From Candidatus Bathyarchaeota archaeon (lineage in GTDB: Archaea > Thermoproteota > Bathyarchaeia > 40CM-2-53-6), in contig CAVTBR010000001.1 in NCBI GenBank assembly GCA_963733055.1, positions 352,001 to 416,000 on the forward strand: 64,000 bases of DNA. The letters are read 5' to 3'. The translations under genes were made by a program, and so were the position numbers. A model generated the notes under the pieces. That model worked only from the letters and a program-made list of their open reading frames with translations. It had not been told where the DNA came from and did no database searches. Below, piece by piece: positions 47,036 to 55,346 of the stretch (within the stretch, counting starts at the first letter, position 1; each line of letters starts with the position of its first letter).

Positions 47036-48070
47036 GTGGCAAAGGTCGATCTTGCGGGTAAGGATCTTATCACTACTCAAGATTGGTCTCTTGAAGAACT
47101 AGATGCTACGCTCAGGCTGGCAAGAGACCTTAAGCTGAAATATCATCGCGGCCGCGTCCCGTACCTTCTTGCTGACAAGACTTTCTTCATGTTATTCTAC
47201 GCGCCGTCGACTCGGACGAGGGCTGCGTTTGAAGCTGGGATGACTTACCTCGGGGGCCACGGGCAATACATTGACGTCTCCACAACCCGCTTAGGGTCGG
47301 GGGAGGCGGCGAAGGATGTTGCTAAGATGTATGATTTGTACGGGCAAGGCCTCGGCGTCCGGATTTTGGATTCAGCGATTGATTACGTGTATGGGGCGGG
47401 GGTGTCTGTTGTGCGAGAGTATGCGAAGCATGCGGAGATTCCCGTCATAAACATGGCTTGCTGCACATACCACCCGACCCAAGGCCTGGCAGACCTGATG
47501 ACCGTTCAGGAAGGGTTGGGGAGGGTGAGGAGGAAGAAGTATGTGATTATGTGGGCTTACGCGAAAAGCTTCCGAGGCAGATGCAGCATTCAGGAGGAAG
47601 CTTTGCTGATGCCACGTTTCGGGATGGATGTTGTGCTCGCTTATCCACCTGGATTCGAGATTGATTCAAAGATTGTTGAGGAAGCGAAATCGAACGCGCA
47701 AGCGTCTGGTGGAGAATTCCAAGTGAGTAACGATCTGAACTCGGCTTTGGAGGGGGCACATGGAGTGTTTCCGAGAAACTGGGCTTCCAACGAATTACTC
47801 AGAGTGGGGGCTAGCAAGTTCGGGAAAGAGCGGGAGTCTGAGTTGCATGAGAAGTATCGCGATTGGACACTAACTCAAGGACTGCTGGATAAGATGGACA
47901 AGAAAGCCATCGTCACACACGTACTACCCGTGCTTAGAGGCGAGGAGGCCACGGACGAGGTTATGGATGGACCCCACTCAATGATTTATCCGCAGGCGGA
48001 GAATGGAATGTTCACGAAGATGGCCGTTCTCGCTTTGACAATGGGTGGGAAGAGGAAGCGGACGCGGTAG
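47036..48070 (+). CDS. Second carbamoyltransferase, YgeW-like
   Basis: STRTR, NMACCTYHPTQ, MWAY, FPRNW, HVLP, QAEN. Confidence 0.85.
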   Translation: MAKVDLAGKDLITTQDWSLEELDATLRLARDLKLKYHRGRVPYLLADKTFFMLFYAPSTRTRAAFEAGMTYLGGHGQYIDVSTTRLGSGEAAKDVAKMYDLYGQGLGVRILDSAIDYVYGAGVSVVREYAKHAEIPVINMACCTYHPTQGLADLMTVQEGLGRVRRKKYVIMWAYAKSFRGRCSIQEEALLMPRFGMDVVLAYPPGFEIDSKIVEEAKSNAQASGGEFQVSNDLNSALEGAHGVFPRNWASNELLRVGASKFGKERESELHEKYRDWTLTQGLLDKMDKKAIVTHVLPVLRGEEATDEVMDGPHSMIYPQAENGMFTKMAVLALTMGGKRKRTR

Positions 48071-48092
48071 AACCGGTCTCGTTGATACCATC

Positions 48093-48935
48093 CTAGATTC
48101 TAGGCGGTCCCTTGCGGATCCGACTCACGAGCTCTTGTTTTGAGTTGCGCCAATCGCGCAAGTCCTGCATCCACCACGTGGCGCCCGCCGCGGCATACGC
48201 GCGCAGTACCTCGTTATCTTCTACCTGACAATCTGCACCTGACGTCGCAACAACGTCAAAGGGAATTTTGTGCACTCTATGTCTTCCAATGAACGAGAGC
48301 ACCTCCCGGATTTCATCCGGGCCCAACTTACTGCCTCGTGTTAAACCTAGGGGGAAGACGCCCTCCCATCTGGCGGCGCGAAGGATTGGTTTCCTTTTCG
48401 GCCACCTGCCAGCTACCCAAATGGGAATTCGCGGCGATTGGAGAGGTCTTGGTAGGAATTGCACGTTTCGCAGTTCGTAGTGTTTTCCGAGGTAGTTGAA
48501 TGGTTGACCGCTCCATAACCCTACCAGTACCTCCAAGCCTTCGTCCAGTTTCTCGGCGCGTATTCTGTCGTCGCCGTTTTCGCCGAGAGAAGTGAAGTCT
48601 AGTTCGGCGGGATCGCCTAGTCCGACACCGAGTGTTAGCCTGCCGTTGGATAGGTGGTCGATTGAGACGGTCTCCCTTGCGAGCGTCCACGGCCGACGGC
48701 GGGCGACCGGTGTAACCAGCGGCCCGATCCGCATTTGCTTAGTATTGATTGCAATGGCTGCTAGAGCAACCCAAGGGTCCGTTAAGGGTACGTGCTCGTC
48801 CTGGCTGTAGTGAATGTGGTCGAAGATGAAGAAGCCATCCCAGCCAGAGTTTTCGGCTTCGACGGCTAGTTCGGTTAGTTCTCTGGGAGACCCGCAGCAG
48901 TTACCGAAATTTGGAACGGTAAGCCCGAAACGCAA
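48093..48935 (-). CDS. LLM-class flavin/F420-dependent oxidoreductase
   Basis: AENSGWDGFFIFDH, DPWVALAAIA, DHLSNGRLTLGVG. Confidence 0.88.
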   Translation of the reverse strand: MRFGLTVPNFGNCCGSPRELTELAVEAENSGWDGFFIFDHIHYSQDEHVPLTDPWVALAAIAINTKQMRIGPLVTPVARRRPWTLARETVSIDHLSNGRLTLGVGLGDPAELDFTSLGENGDDRIRAEKLDEGLEVLVGLWSGQPFNYLGKHYELRNVQFLPRPLQSPRIPIWVAGRWPKRKPILRAARWEGVFPLGLTRGSKLGPDEIREVLSFIGRHRVHKIPFDVVATSGADCQVEDNEVLRAYAAAGATWWMQDLRDWRNSKQELVSRIRKGPPRI

Positions 48936-48958
48936 ACTCCAAACTTACCCGATTTCTG

Positions 48959-49282
48959 TTAGGAATATTCGCGCCATGTCCATCCGCATTTCGTGCATTT
49001 GAAGAACTGGGTTGAGGCTTCGTCGCCTCCGCGGGTTTGTACCATCCAGTAGAATGCTTCGCCGTGCCGGCATTTTTGGCAGATGACTTTCATTTTGGGC
49101 AGGGTTTGCAGATTCTTCTCATCCTTCCCGATTACGACGATGGCTTCCTTTGGTTTTTCGAGTTTCTGTACTACCGGTGCCGCACGTCTGGTTTCTTCTC
49201 CGCATTTGGGGCATGCGAGGACGACGAGCTTATCCTTCTTGGTTGGGATGAGTGCGAGGCTACATTTGGAGCAGAACTGCAT
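48959..49282 (-). CDS. tfs: Transcription factor S (TFS)
   Basis: Two Zn ribbons with acidic hairpin QTRGGDEAST..CTKCGWTWRE. Confidence 0.93.
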   Translation of the reverse strand: MQFCSKCSLALIPTKKDKLVVLACPKCGEETRRAAPVVQKLEKPKEAIVVIGKDEKNLQTLPKMKVICQKCRHGEAFYWMVQTRGGDEASTQFFKCTKCGWTWREYS

Positions 49283-49576
49283 GTTTGGTTACGACCGAAT
49301 TGCGGGCGTGCAACAATATACGCATTTAATCCTTACCTTCACAGGGAACCCTGCCTGAAACCTGGGGTTGAGGCATGTTTGGCCTCTTTCCTGGTCTTCC
49401 ATGCTGATTTGTCTCTGGGTGGGGGCGGAATTGGTTTTTATGGTAGGCTGCGTAGGGGGCTGGTGGTATACTGGAGATCTTACCTGCGTGGATGGGAGGA
49501 CCGTCAAGGTCATACCGATTACCGCTGCGAGTATTATCTTTCGTATAACTAAGAAAATGGGACGGTGGAAAACGAA

Positions 49577-49729
49577 ATGGGTTATGACAATAGAAGTGAT
49601 CGTGCTCCGAGAGTAATGACTGACGTCAAATGCTCCGAATGCGGCGCCGATACACAAGTACCGTTTGTGCCAACATCTGGTAAACCAGTCTACTGTAGAG
49701 ACTGTTACCAGAAGCACCGAAGATACTAG
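49577..49729 (+). CDS. CxxC-x17-CxxC domain small protein (not in ORF track)
   Basis: MGYDNRSDRAPRVMTDVKCSECGADTQVPFVPTSGKPVYCRDCYQKHRRY; GGTGG upstream. Confidence 0.9.
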   Translation: MGYDNRSDRAPRVMTDVKCSECGADTQVPFVPTSGKPVYCRDCYQKHRRY

Positions 49730-49815
49730 GCGAATAGCTTAGGAACGGTTGCGACGATAATTCCCGGTTTTTTCATTAAACTTCCGCGTGTACGTGCCCT
49801 CACGGGCTGAGGGGA

Positions 49816-49929
49816 TTAGACTTTGGGGCAGTTCTTCTTGTGTAGGGGGAAGATTTCTGGACTGTTCGTCTCGAAACCACACTTGTCGCACACGAATCGT
49901 TGTCCTTCTTTCTCGAATCTTGGGATCAT
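49816..49929 (-). CDS. 37-aa C2HC zinc-finger microprotein (not in ORF track)
   Basis: MIPRFEKEGQRFVCDKCGFETNSPEIFPLHKKNCPKV: F-x-CxxC-x12-H-xxx-C. Confidence 0.65.
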   Translation of the reverse strand: MIPRFEKEGQRFVCDKCGFETNSPEIFPLHKKNCPKV

Positions 49930-50221
49930 GGGTAAACAACTCTGTGAGTGATGAACGGTCAAGGCTTTATCCGTTCCCTATTTCGACCTCGGGAGGTTAC
50001 GGAACCGCAAGGAAGCTCGGATGACTATTTCCAATGTGTGGCGGTTTCTGCCTGCGACCCCTGGGGGGGCATAGTTTTCTATGGCACGTGGGATTTGGTG
50101 GGCGGGTTAGTCCAGTTGGCGGCTTGACGTTTGTTGGGTTAGGGTTGTTATTAGCGTCCGGTGGAGTGTTACCCGGTTTTGCTGCCCGGTTAGGATGTAC
50201 TGTTGCGTGGATTTTCAGGAA

Positions 50222-50812
50222 TCATGATCGAGGTGAATTCGTCCTTCTTCTCTCTTTCACGATCTCGAGTATCTTCCTAAATTGGTCGGTTCCCGCTTTC
50301 TCCGTCAACTCATAGATGACTGCCTCAGTGGTCCCCACCATAGCCCCGGCCCCACGCATCCTCTCTACCGCTGCCTCCCTGTCGACCGGTGCGTGCGATG
50401 AGGTACCGTCTCTCACAAGCAGAACATGGTAACCGTGTGTTAGCAGGTCGAGAACGGTTTGGAGCACGCAGATATGAGTCTCGATACCACACGCGATAAC
50501 CGTCTTCTTGCCCACTTCTTGGAGCTTCCTCATGAACACGGAGTCACCGCAACTGCTGAAGCTGAGCTTCTGAAACTTGGGAGAGTCAGATAACAGGTCT
50601 CTGAGCTCTGGAACAATCTCCCCCAAGTTTTGCTGTTGCGTTGCTATGACGGGCATACCCAGAACACGAGCGGTTCGAATCAGCGCTTTGATGTTCACCA
50701 CAGTCGGTTCGTGCTCAGCAATGGTATCTATGATGCGATCTTGCACATCAGTTACTAGGAGAACACAATCACCTAGTCTAACTTTCACATGTTCGGCCTC
50801 CATGCTTGCCAC
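50222..50812 (-). CDS. Isochorismatase-family cysteine hydrolase
   Basis: DVQ, KLSFS, GIETHICVLQT. Confidence 0.9.
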   Translation of the reverse strand: MASMEAEHVKVRLGDCVLLVTDVQDRIIDTIAEHEPTVVNIKALIRTARVLGMPVIATQQQNLGEIVPELRDLLSDSPKFQKLSFSSCGDSVFMRKLQEVGKKTVIACGIETHICVLQTVLDLLTHGYHVLLVRDGTSSHAPVDREAAVERMRGAGAMVGTTEAVIYELTEKAGTDQFRKILEIVKERRRTNSPRS

Positions 50813-50816
50813 ATTA

Positions 50817-51182
50817 TTAGGGTCCCCATTCCTCTAGGACGAGTTGCTTAAGTTCTGAAAGAAACAGACCCAAAACTGCTCCCGCAAGCACCTCCGCCTC
50901 CGTGTTTCTGTTCTCCTCAAATGCGAGCCAAGTAATCGGCATCAAAACCAAACCAAGCACAAAGTGATGGACGTGAATCCGATCATGCCTCACGAACAGT
51001 CGAAGATGAAGGAAGTCGGCGAAGAAACGGGCAGCAACGTATGATACAAGTGTTGAGATTGCGAAGCGAAACAGGCTAGGGTGGGATAACTTTCGCCCTT
51101 GGCTATGTTGATTGGTCCCTCGGGACGCGGATCGTGACTCAACATGATCTTCCCCGATGTGTTTCAAACTAGATGACAACAC
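50817..51182 (-). CDS. Small membrane protein with HVHH motif
   Basis: About 3 TM; RIHVHHFVLG..GLFLSE. Confidence 0.65.
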   Translation of the reverse strand: MLSSSLKHIGEDHVESRSASRGTNQHSQGRKLSHPSLFRFAISTLVSYVAARFFADFLHLRLFVRHDRIHVHHFVLGLVLMPITWLAFEENRNTEAEVLAGAVLGLFLSELKQLVLEEWGP

Positions 51183-51280
51183 CGTTTATGGAACCGTCGA
51201 CCAATCACATAATGATAGCGATGCATGGACACCAAATTTACTGTGGCGTTCTTCGGGTCCGAACCCGGCTCATCGAGCCC

Positions 51281-51610
51281 TCAAGATTCCTGAAGAATGG
51301 GCGGAACCTCCATCCGAAGTATGCTTTCGAGTTCTGGGTCGTCCCGGGTGTACTTGTCGGCGATGTTGAGGGTTCGTATCTTGTCTGGGCTACATTGGAA
51401 ATGTGAGAGTATGAACTCGCGGTAAACTGGTTCCATTACAATGATAAGATCGGCCCAATCGACAAGTTCCTGTGTCAAGAGCCTTCCCCGTGGGTCCGGC
51501 GTGATTCCAGCGGATTTTGCTTCCCAAACCTTCTTCCAACCCTGAAACAGTTCCTCAGCTGTTGGGCTACGCGATACGTTGGCTTTACAAACAAAGAGGA
51601 CTTTCCGCAT
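51281..51610 (-). CDS. Low-molecular-weight protein tyrosine phosphatase-like protein
   Basis: VLFVCKANVSRS (CX5R), SAG, WADLIIVME. Confidence 0.88.
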   Translation of the reverse strand: MRKVLFVCKANVSRSPTAEELFQGWKKVWEAKSAGITPDPRGRLLTQELVDWADLIIVMEPVYREFILSHFQCSPDKIRTLNIADKYTRDDPELESILRMEVPPILQES

Positions 51611-51747
51611 GGTTAACCCCGGGGCGTTTTGTGCTATGAGATAAACTTGGTAAGCATCAAGAAAAATCTCGTGTATCTAATAACGAGAAAAGAGAATACG
51701 TGATGAGAGTTGGGCAGCGAAATATTGTTCAGCATACAGGAGAATAG

Positions 51748-52731
51748 GTGAACAGCGTGTCATTCGCTCTTGATCCGGATGAAGAAATTTTTATCAAGAA
51801 CCGGGGCGGCAGGCAATGGCTTAAGCACCTGATTCATGAAAAGATGAATGAATGGTCAACAGCTTACTCCGAAATGCTACCGAAAGGTTACCGAGTTGAC
51901 TTTGATGACGAGCTCGCGACGGCCCATCTTCCACAAGTAACGGGTTCTGAAGAATCAACAGATCCGACCGAACTGGAGTCGATATATTACCGAATTGTCA
52001 GAAGCCCAGACGAATCATGTATCGAGTACATCTACTATTGGAATTTTCAATTAATCCCGACCCATTCTTACGATTACGAACCAATCTACGTGTACTTGAA
52101 GGATGGCTTGGTAAAGCGCGTTGCGTTTGATCTCTGGCATTACAAAACCAGGGTCATGCTAAACGCATCTCGTTTCATGATCTGTGGACCCTGGCACAGT
52201 TTTCTATCGATAGATCAATCACATTCCCATATCGAAAGACCCCTAACTCGATTAGATGAGGCAGTTTTGGGTAAGTGGTACGGTCGAGACCCTAAAGCTA
52301 GGTTTGTGATCAAACACAAACTAACCGATCCTTGGCTACTTCATGATTGGGCTTCGTTCAGAGATGAACGCGTTCTGCCTCGCACTCAAGGCCTTTTCGT
52401 GATAACGGCTAACGATAGGGAAGCGATAGAGAACGATGAGAGGCTACAGAGCGCCATAAACAGGGAGTTGCTAAGCCTATTCGTCAAAGACATCAAGGAA
52501 TTCTGCCAAATGGGACCCCACCTGGATCAAATCATAGAATCAATCCCGGCCACAGAGAGAACGGATGATACCATTCAGATGGTTCTCACGAGCATTAGCC
52601 TGACACGGCGAGAGCTTCTCAATCAATTTGAGGCGGCCGGATACATCAAAATAGTTGATAGAAATGCGGTTTGGACTCCGACGGGCGAAACGATTAGGGC
52701 ATTGCTTAGCTCCAATCTGAAGTCGTGCTAA
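51748..52731 (+). CDS. Hypothetical protein with NPP1/Vps62-like HxxDYE core
   Basis: IEYIYYW..THSYDYEPIYVYL..WH..WHSF. Confidence 0.6.
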   Translation: MNSVSFALDPDEEIFIKNRGGRQWLKHLIHEKMNEWSTAYSEMLPKGYRVDFDDELATAHLPQVTGSEESTDPTELESIYYRIVRSPDESCIEYIYYWNFQLIPTHSYDYEPIYVYLKDGLVKRVAFDLWHYKTRVMLNASRFMICGPWHSFLSIDQSHSHIERPLTRLDEAVLGKWYGRDPKARFVIKHKLTDPWLLHDWASFRDERVLPRTQGLFVITANDREAIENDERLQSAINRELLSLFVKDIKEFCQMGPHLDQIIESIPATERTDDTIQMVLTSISLTRRELLNQFEAAGYIKIVDRNAVWTPTGETIRALLSSNLKSC

Positions 52732-52802
52732 CCCCACTTGCTTCATATGATGTCCACAAATGAGATGGGTAGTGAAGGCCATAGATTGGAGGGGGTTCTT
52801 TC

Positions 52803-53906
52803 TTGAGGATCAAGAAAATCTCGGTATGGCGAGTGGATCTCCCCTTACGAGAGGGAGCATACAAGTGGTCCGGTGGAAAATTTGTCACAGTATTTGACAG
52901 CACAATTGTAGGAGTCGAGACGGAAAGTGGCGCAGTTGGCTACGGGGAGGTATGCCCTCTTGGTCCGTCCTACTTGCCTGCCTACGCTAATGGCGTCCGC
53001 GCAGGCATCAGGGAATTGGGACCCCACTTACTGGGCGAAGACCCGTTAGAACTCGCACGCCTCAACCTCCGCATGGACCTCGCACTCAAAGGACACCCGT
53101 ACGTTAAATCAGGAATCGACATCGCTTGTTGGGACATTCTTGGCCAAACCGCTGGCCAACCACTATGCGTTCTAATGGGAGGGCGTTACGGCAAAGACTT
53201 CGGCCTCTACCGAGCCATCTCACAGGAGTCTCCTCAAGAAATGGCTCGCAGCGTGGAAAACTACCGCGCGCAAGGCTATCGGCGTTTCCAACTCAAAGTC
53301 GGCGGAGATCCGGAGACCGACATTGAACGCATCCGCGCAACTTCATCCAAGCTTCAACCCGGTGACCGCCTGGTGGCTGACGCGAACACTGGGTGGGTGA
53401 TGCATGACGCTATCCGCGTCATACGCGCAGTGAATGACTTGGATGTGTATATCGAGCAACCATGTTTGACTTACGAGGAATGCCTCTCCGTACGCCGCCG
53501 AACCACCCACCCTTTCATTCTGGACGAAGTGATTGACAGCATAGCGACCATAGTACGTGGTCAAGTCGACCTCGCAATGGATGTTGTGAACATCAAAATT
53601 AGCAAATTCGGAGGCCTGACGAAAGCGCGACAGGCACGTGACCTCTGCGCGTCACTGGGTATAGCTATGACGATCGAAGACAGTTGGGGAGGCGACATCA
53701 CCACCGCTGCCATCGCACACCTGGCGCACAGTACACCGCCCGACTTCTTGTTCACCACCACGGATTTCAACAGCTATGTCACCGTCCAGACGGCGGACGG
53801 CGCACCACGACGCGTCAATGGACGAATGGCGGCAAGCACTCGACCCGGACTTGGTATCACACCGAAGATGGAGGTACTGGGCGAACCAGTAATGATCGTC
53901 GAATAA
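52803..53906 (+). CDS. Enolase-superfamily enzyme, cis-3-hydroxy-L-proline dehydratase / hydroxyproline-betaine epimerase-like
   Basis: [42 protein letters not shown]. Confidence 0.82.
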   Translation: MRIKKISVWRVDLPLREGAYKWSGGKFVTVFDSTIVGVETESGAVGYGEVCPLGPSYLPAYANGVRAGIRELGPHLLGEDPLELARLNLRMDLALKGHPYVKSGIDIACWDILGQTAGQPLCVLMGGRYGKDFGLYRAISQESPQEMARSVENYRAQGYRRFQLKVGGDPETDIERIRATSSKLQPGDRLVADANTGWVMHDAIRVIRAVNDLDVYIEQPCLTYEECLSVRRRTTHPFILDEVIDSIATIVRGQVDLAMDVVNIKISKFGGLTKARQARDLCASLGIAMTIEDSWGGDITTAAIAHLAHSTPPDFLFTTTDFNSYVTVQTADGAPRRVNGRMAASTRPGLGITPKMEVLGEPVMIVE

Positions 53907-53955
53907 GACTAAGATGCCTCTAAAGCTACGCACCGAGTACCTTTCGAGAGCTACT

Positions 53956-54450
53956 TCATTTGTTCGTGCGTCCAATCGTTCTCTTGGAGGCAAGTATGAC
54001 TGCTTGAAGTTGTTGTTGATATCCGGTACATCTGCAAAGATTCCCTGAAAGGTAACGTTTGAGTTCGGGCTCTGTAATGTTAGGTTTCTCTTTCAATAAT
54101 GCCGAAGCGGTCATTATCATGCCGGGTATGCAGTATCCGCATTGGGCCGCGTCAAGTTCAATGAAAGCCTCCTGAACTGGATGAAGGGCCGTTTCACTTC
54201 CTAACCCTTCGATAGTTGTGATCTCATGCCCATCTAATTGCGGAGCAAGAACGAGGCATGAGGTGACAGGCTTTCCGTCCATTAGGACGGTACAGGCCCC
54301 ACATTCCCCCGTGTCGCAACCTTTCTTCACACCAGTAGTTCCCACTTCGTCATGAAGGAAATCACAGAGCGTAAGGTTCGGCGAAATCTTCCTGTGGAGG
54401 GGCGCTCCGTTGATCGTACATGTTACTTCGACTAGTGGTTCTGGCTTCAT
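53956..54450 (-). CDS. Molybdenum hydroxylase small 2x[2Fe-2S] subunit (CoxS/XdhC-like)
   Basis: GCDTGECGACTV, QCGYCIPG, NLCRCTGY. Confidence 0.93.
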   Translation of the reverse strand: MKPEPLVEVTCTINGAPLHRKISPNLTLCDFLHDEVGTTGVKKGCDTGECGACTVLMDGKPVTSCLVLAPQLDGHEITTIEGLGSETALHPVQEAFIELDAAQCGYCIPGMIMTASALLKEKPNITEPELKRYLSGNLCRCTGYQQQLQAVILASKRTIGRTNK

Positions 54451-55346
54451 CGCTCGATTCCCCTCGCTATGTTCACCACTTTCTTGATGGACCTCTTCGT
54501 GAGAACTCGGACTAGTTGTCTTCTGTATTCGGCGCTCGCTCTCACATCGGTTATTGGCCTGCTTTCATCGCCAGCGGTCTTAGCTACAGCGTCGATTGCC
54601 TCCTCAGTGACCGGGCTTCCAGTAAGTTTCTCAGAACTTTTCTGTGCTAGGATTGGAGTGGGCGCAACGGCTCCGAGAGCAATTCTGCTAGTTCCGAACG
54701 CGTTGCCTTTCACTTCGGAGGCGACCGCGACTGATACTACGGATATTACGTTTTCATTGCGTTTTGCGGCTCGCATCCAGTAGCTAGAAACACCCTGGGC
54801 TTGTGGGATTTCGATGGAGGTGATCACCTCATCGGGATGGATTGCTGTCTTCTTTACGCCCGTGAAGAAATCTTCCACATGCATTGTTCTTTCCCCGCTT
54901 TTGGCTAGTAGGTTTACTTTCGCTGAGAGGGTAATGAGAGGGGGCGCGGTATCGGCGGCCGGTGAACCGTTGGCGAGATTCGCTCCGATGGTTCCGAGAT
55001 TTCTGATTTGGTAAGTTCCGACTTGTGATGCCGCCTCACTCAAAGCTCTAGCAAAACGTTTGACATGTGGGTTCAGTTCAAGTTCGGTGTAGGTTGTCAT
55101 TGCGCCGATTCGGAGACTGTTCTTGGTTAGGGTTATTCCGGATAATGCGGGCCGAAGGCGGTTGAGGTCGATTATTGTGTCGGGGTGGATTGAGCGGTGT
55201 TTTAGGGCTATTGTTAGGTCGGTTCCGCCCGCGATCAACCTTGCCTTTGAACCATACTGGGTTAGCGCCTCGAGTAGTTCGCCCATGTCGTTTGGTCTTA
55301 GGTAGTTGAATGGGGCGATTGGTGCTAGGTATTGGAACGATTTCAT
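54447..55346 (-). CDS. Molybdenum hydroxylase FAD subunit (CoxM/XdhB-like)
   Basis: AGGTDL, QIRNLGTIGANL..SPAAD, DVRASAEYR. Confidence 0.92.
   Translation of the reverse strand: MKSFQYLAPIAPFNYLRPNDMGELLEALTQYGSKARLIAGGTDLTIALKHRSIHPDTIIDLNRLRPALSGITLTKNSLRIGAMTTYTELELNPHVKRFARALSEAASQVGTYQIRNLGTIGANLANGSPAADTAPPLITLSAKVNLLAKSGERTMHVEDFFTGVKKTAIHPDEVITSIEIPQAQGVSSYWMRAAKRNENVISVVSVAVASEVKGNAFGTSRIALGAVAPTPILAQKSSEKLTGSPVTEEAIDAVAKTAGDESRPITDVRASAEYRRQLVRVLTKRSIKKVVNIARGIER

Noticed and set aside
44829-48070. Ordinary arginine deiminase (arc) operon call
   Set aside because: No arcA in the window, and both carbamoyltransferases lack the OTCase SMG loop and canonical HCLP
49341-49379. Two short hairpins upstream of tfs as a possible ncRNA
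   Set aside because: No match to SRP, RNase P or sRNA motifs that I can recognise; could be chance
49289-49717. 142-aa minus-strand ORF and the overlapping 49368-49616 ORF
   Set aside because: They overlap the better-supported CxxC-x17-CxxC gene or GT-skewed intergenic DNA
49739-49939. 66-aa ORF in the track
   Set aside because: A different frame on the same strand encodes a clear C2HC finger and is more plausible
49950-50220. GT-skewed stretch with a 93-aa Gly/Leu/Val-rich ORF
   Set aside because: Low-complexity composition, overlaps the isochorismatase gene, no supporting motif
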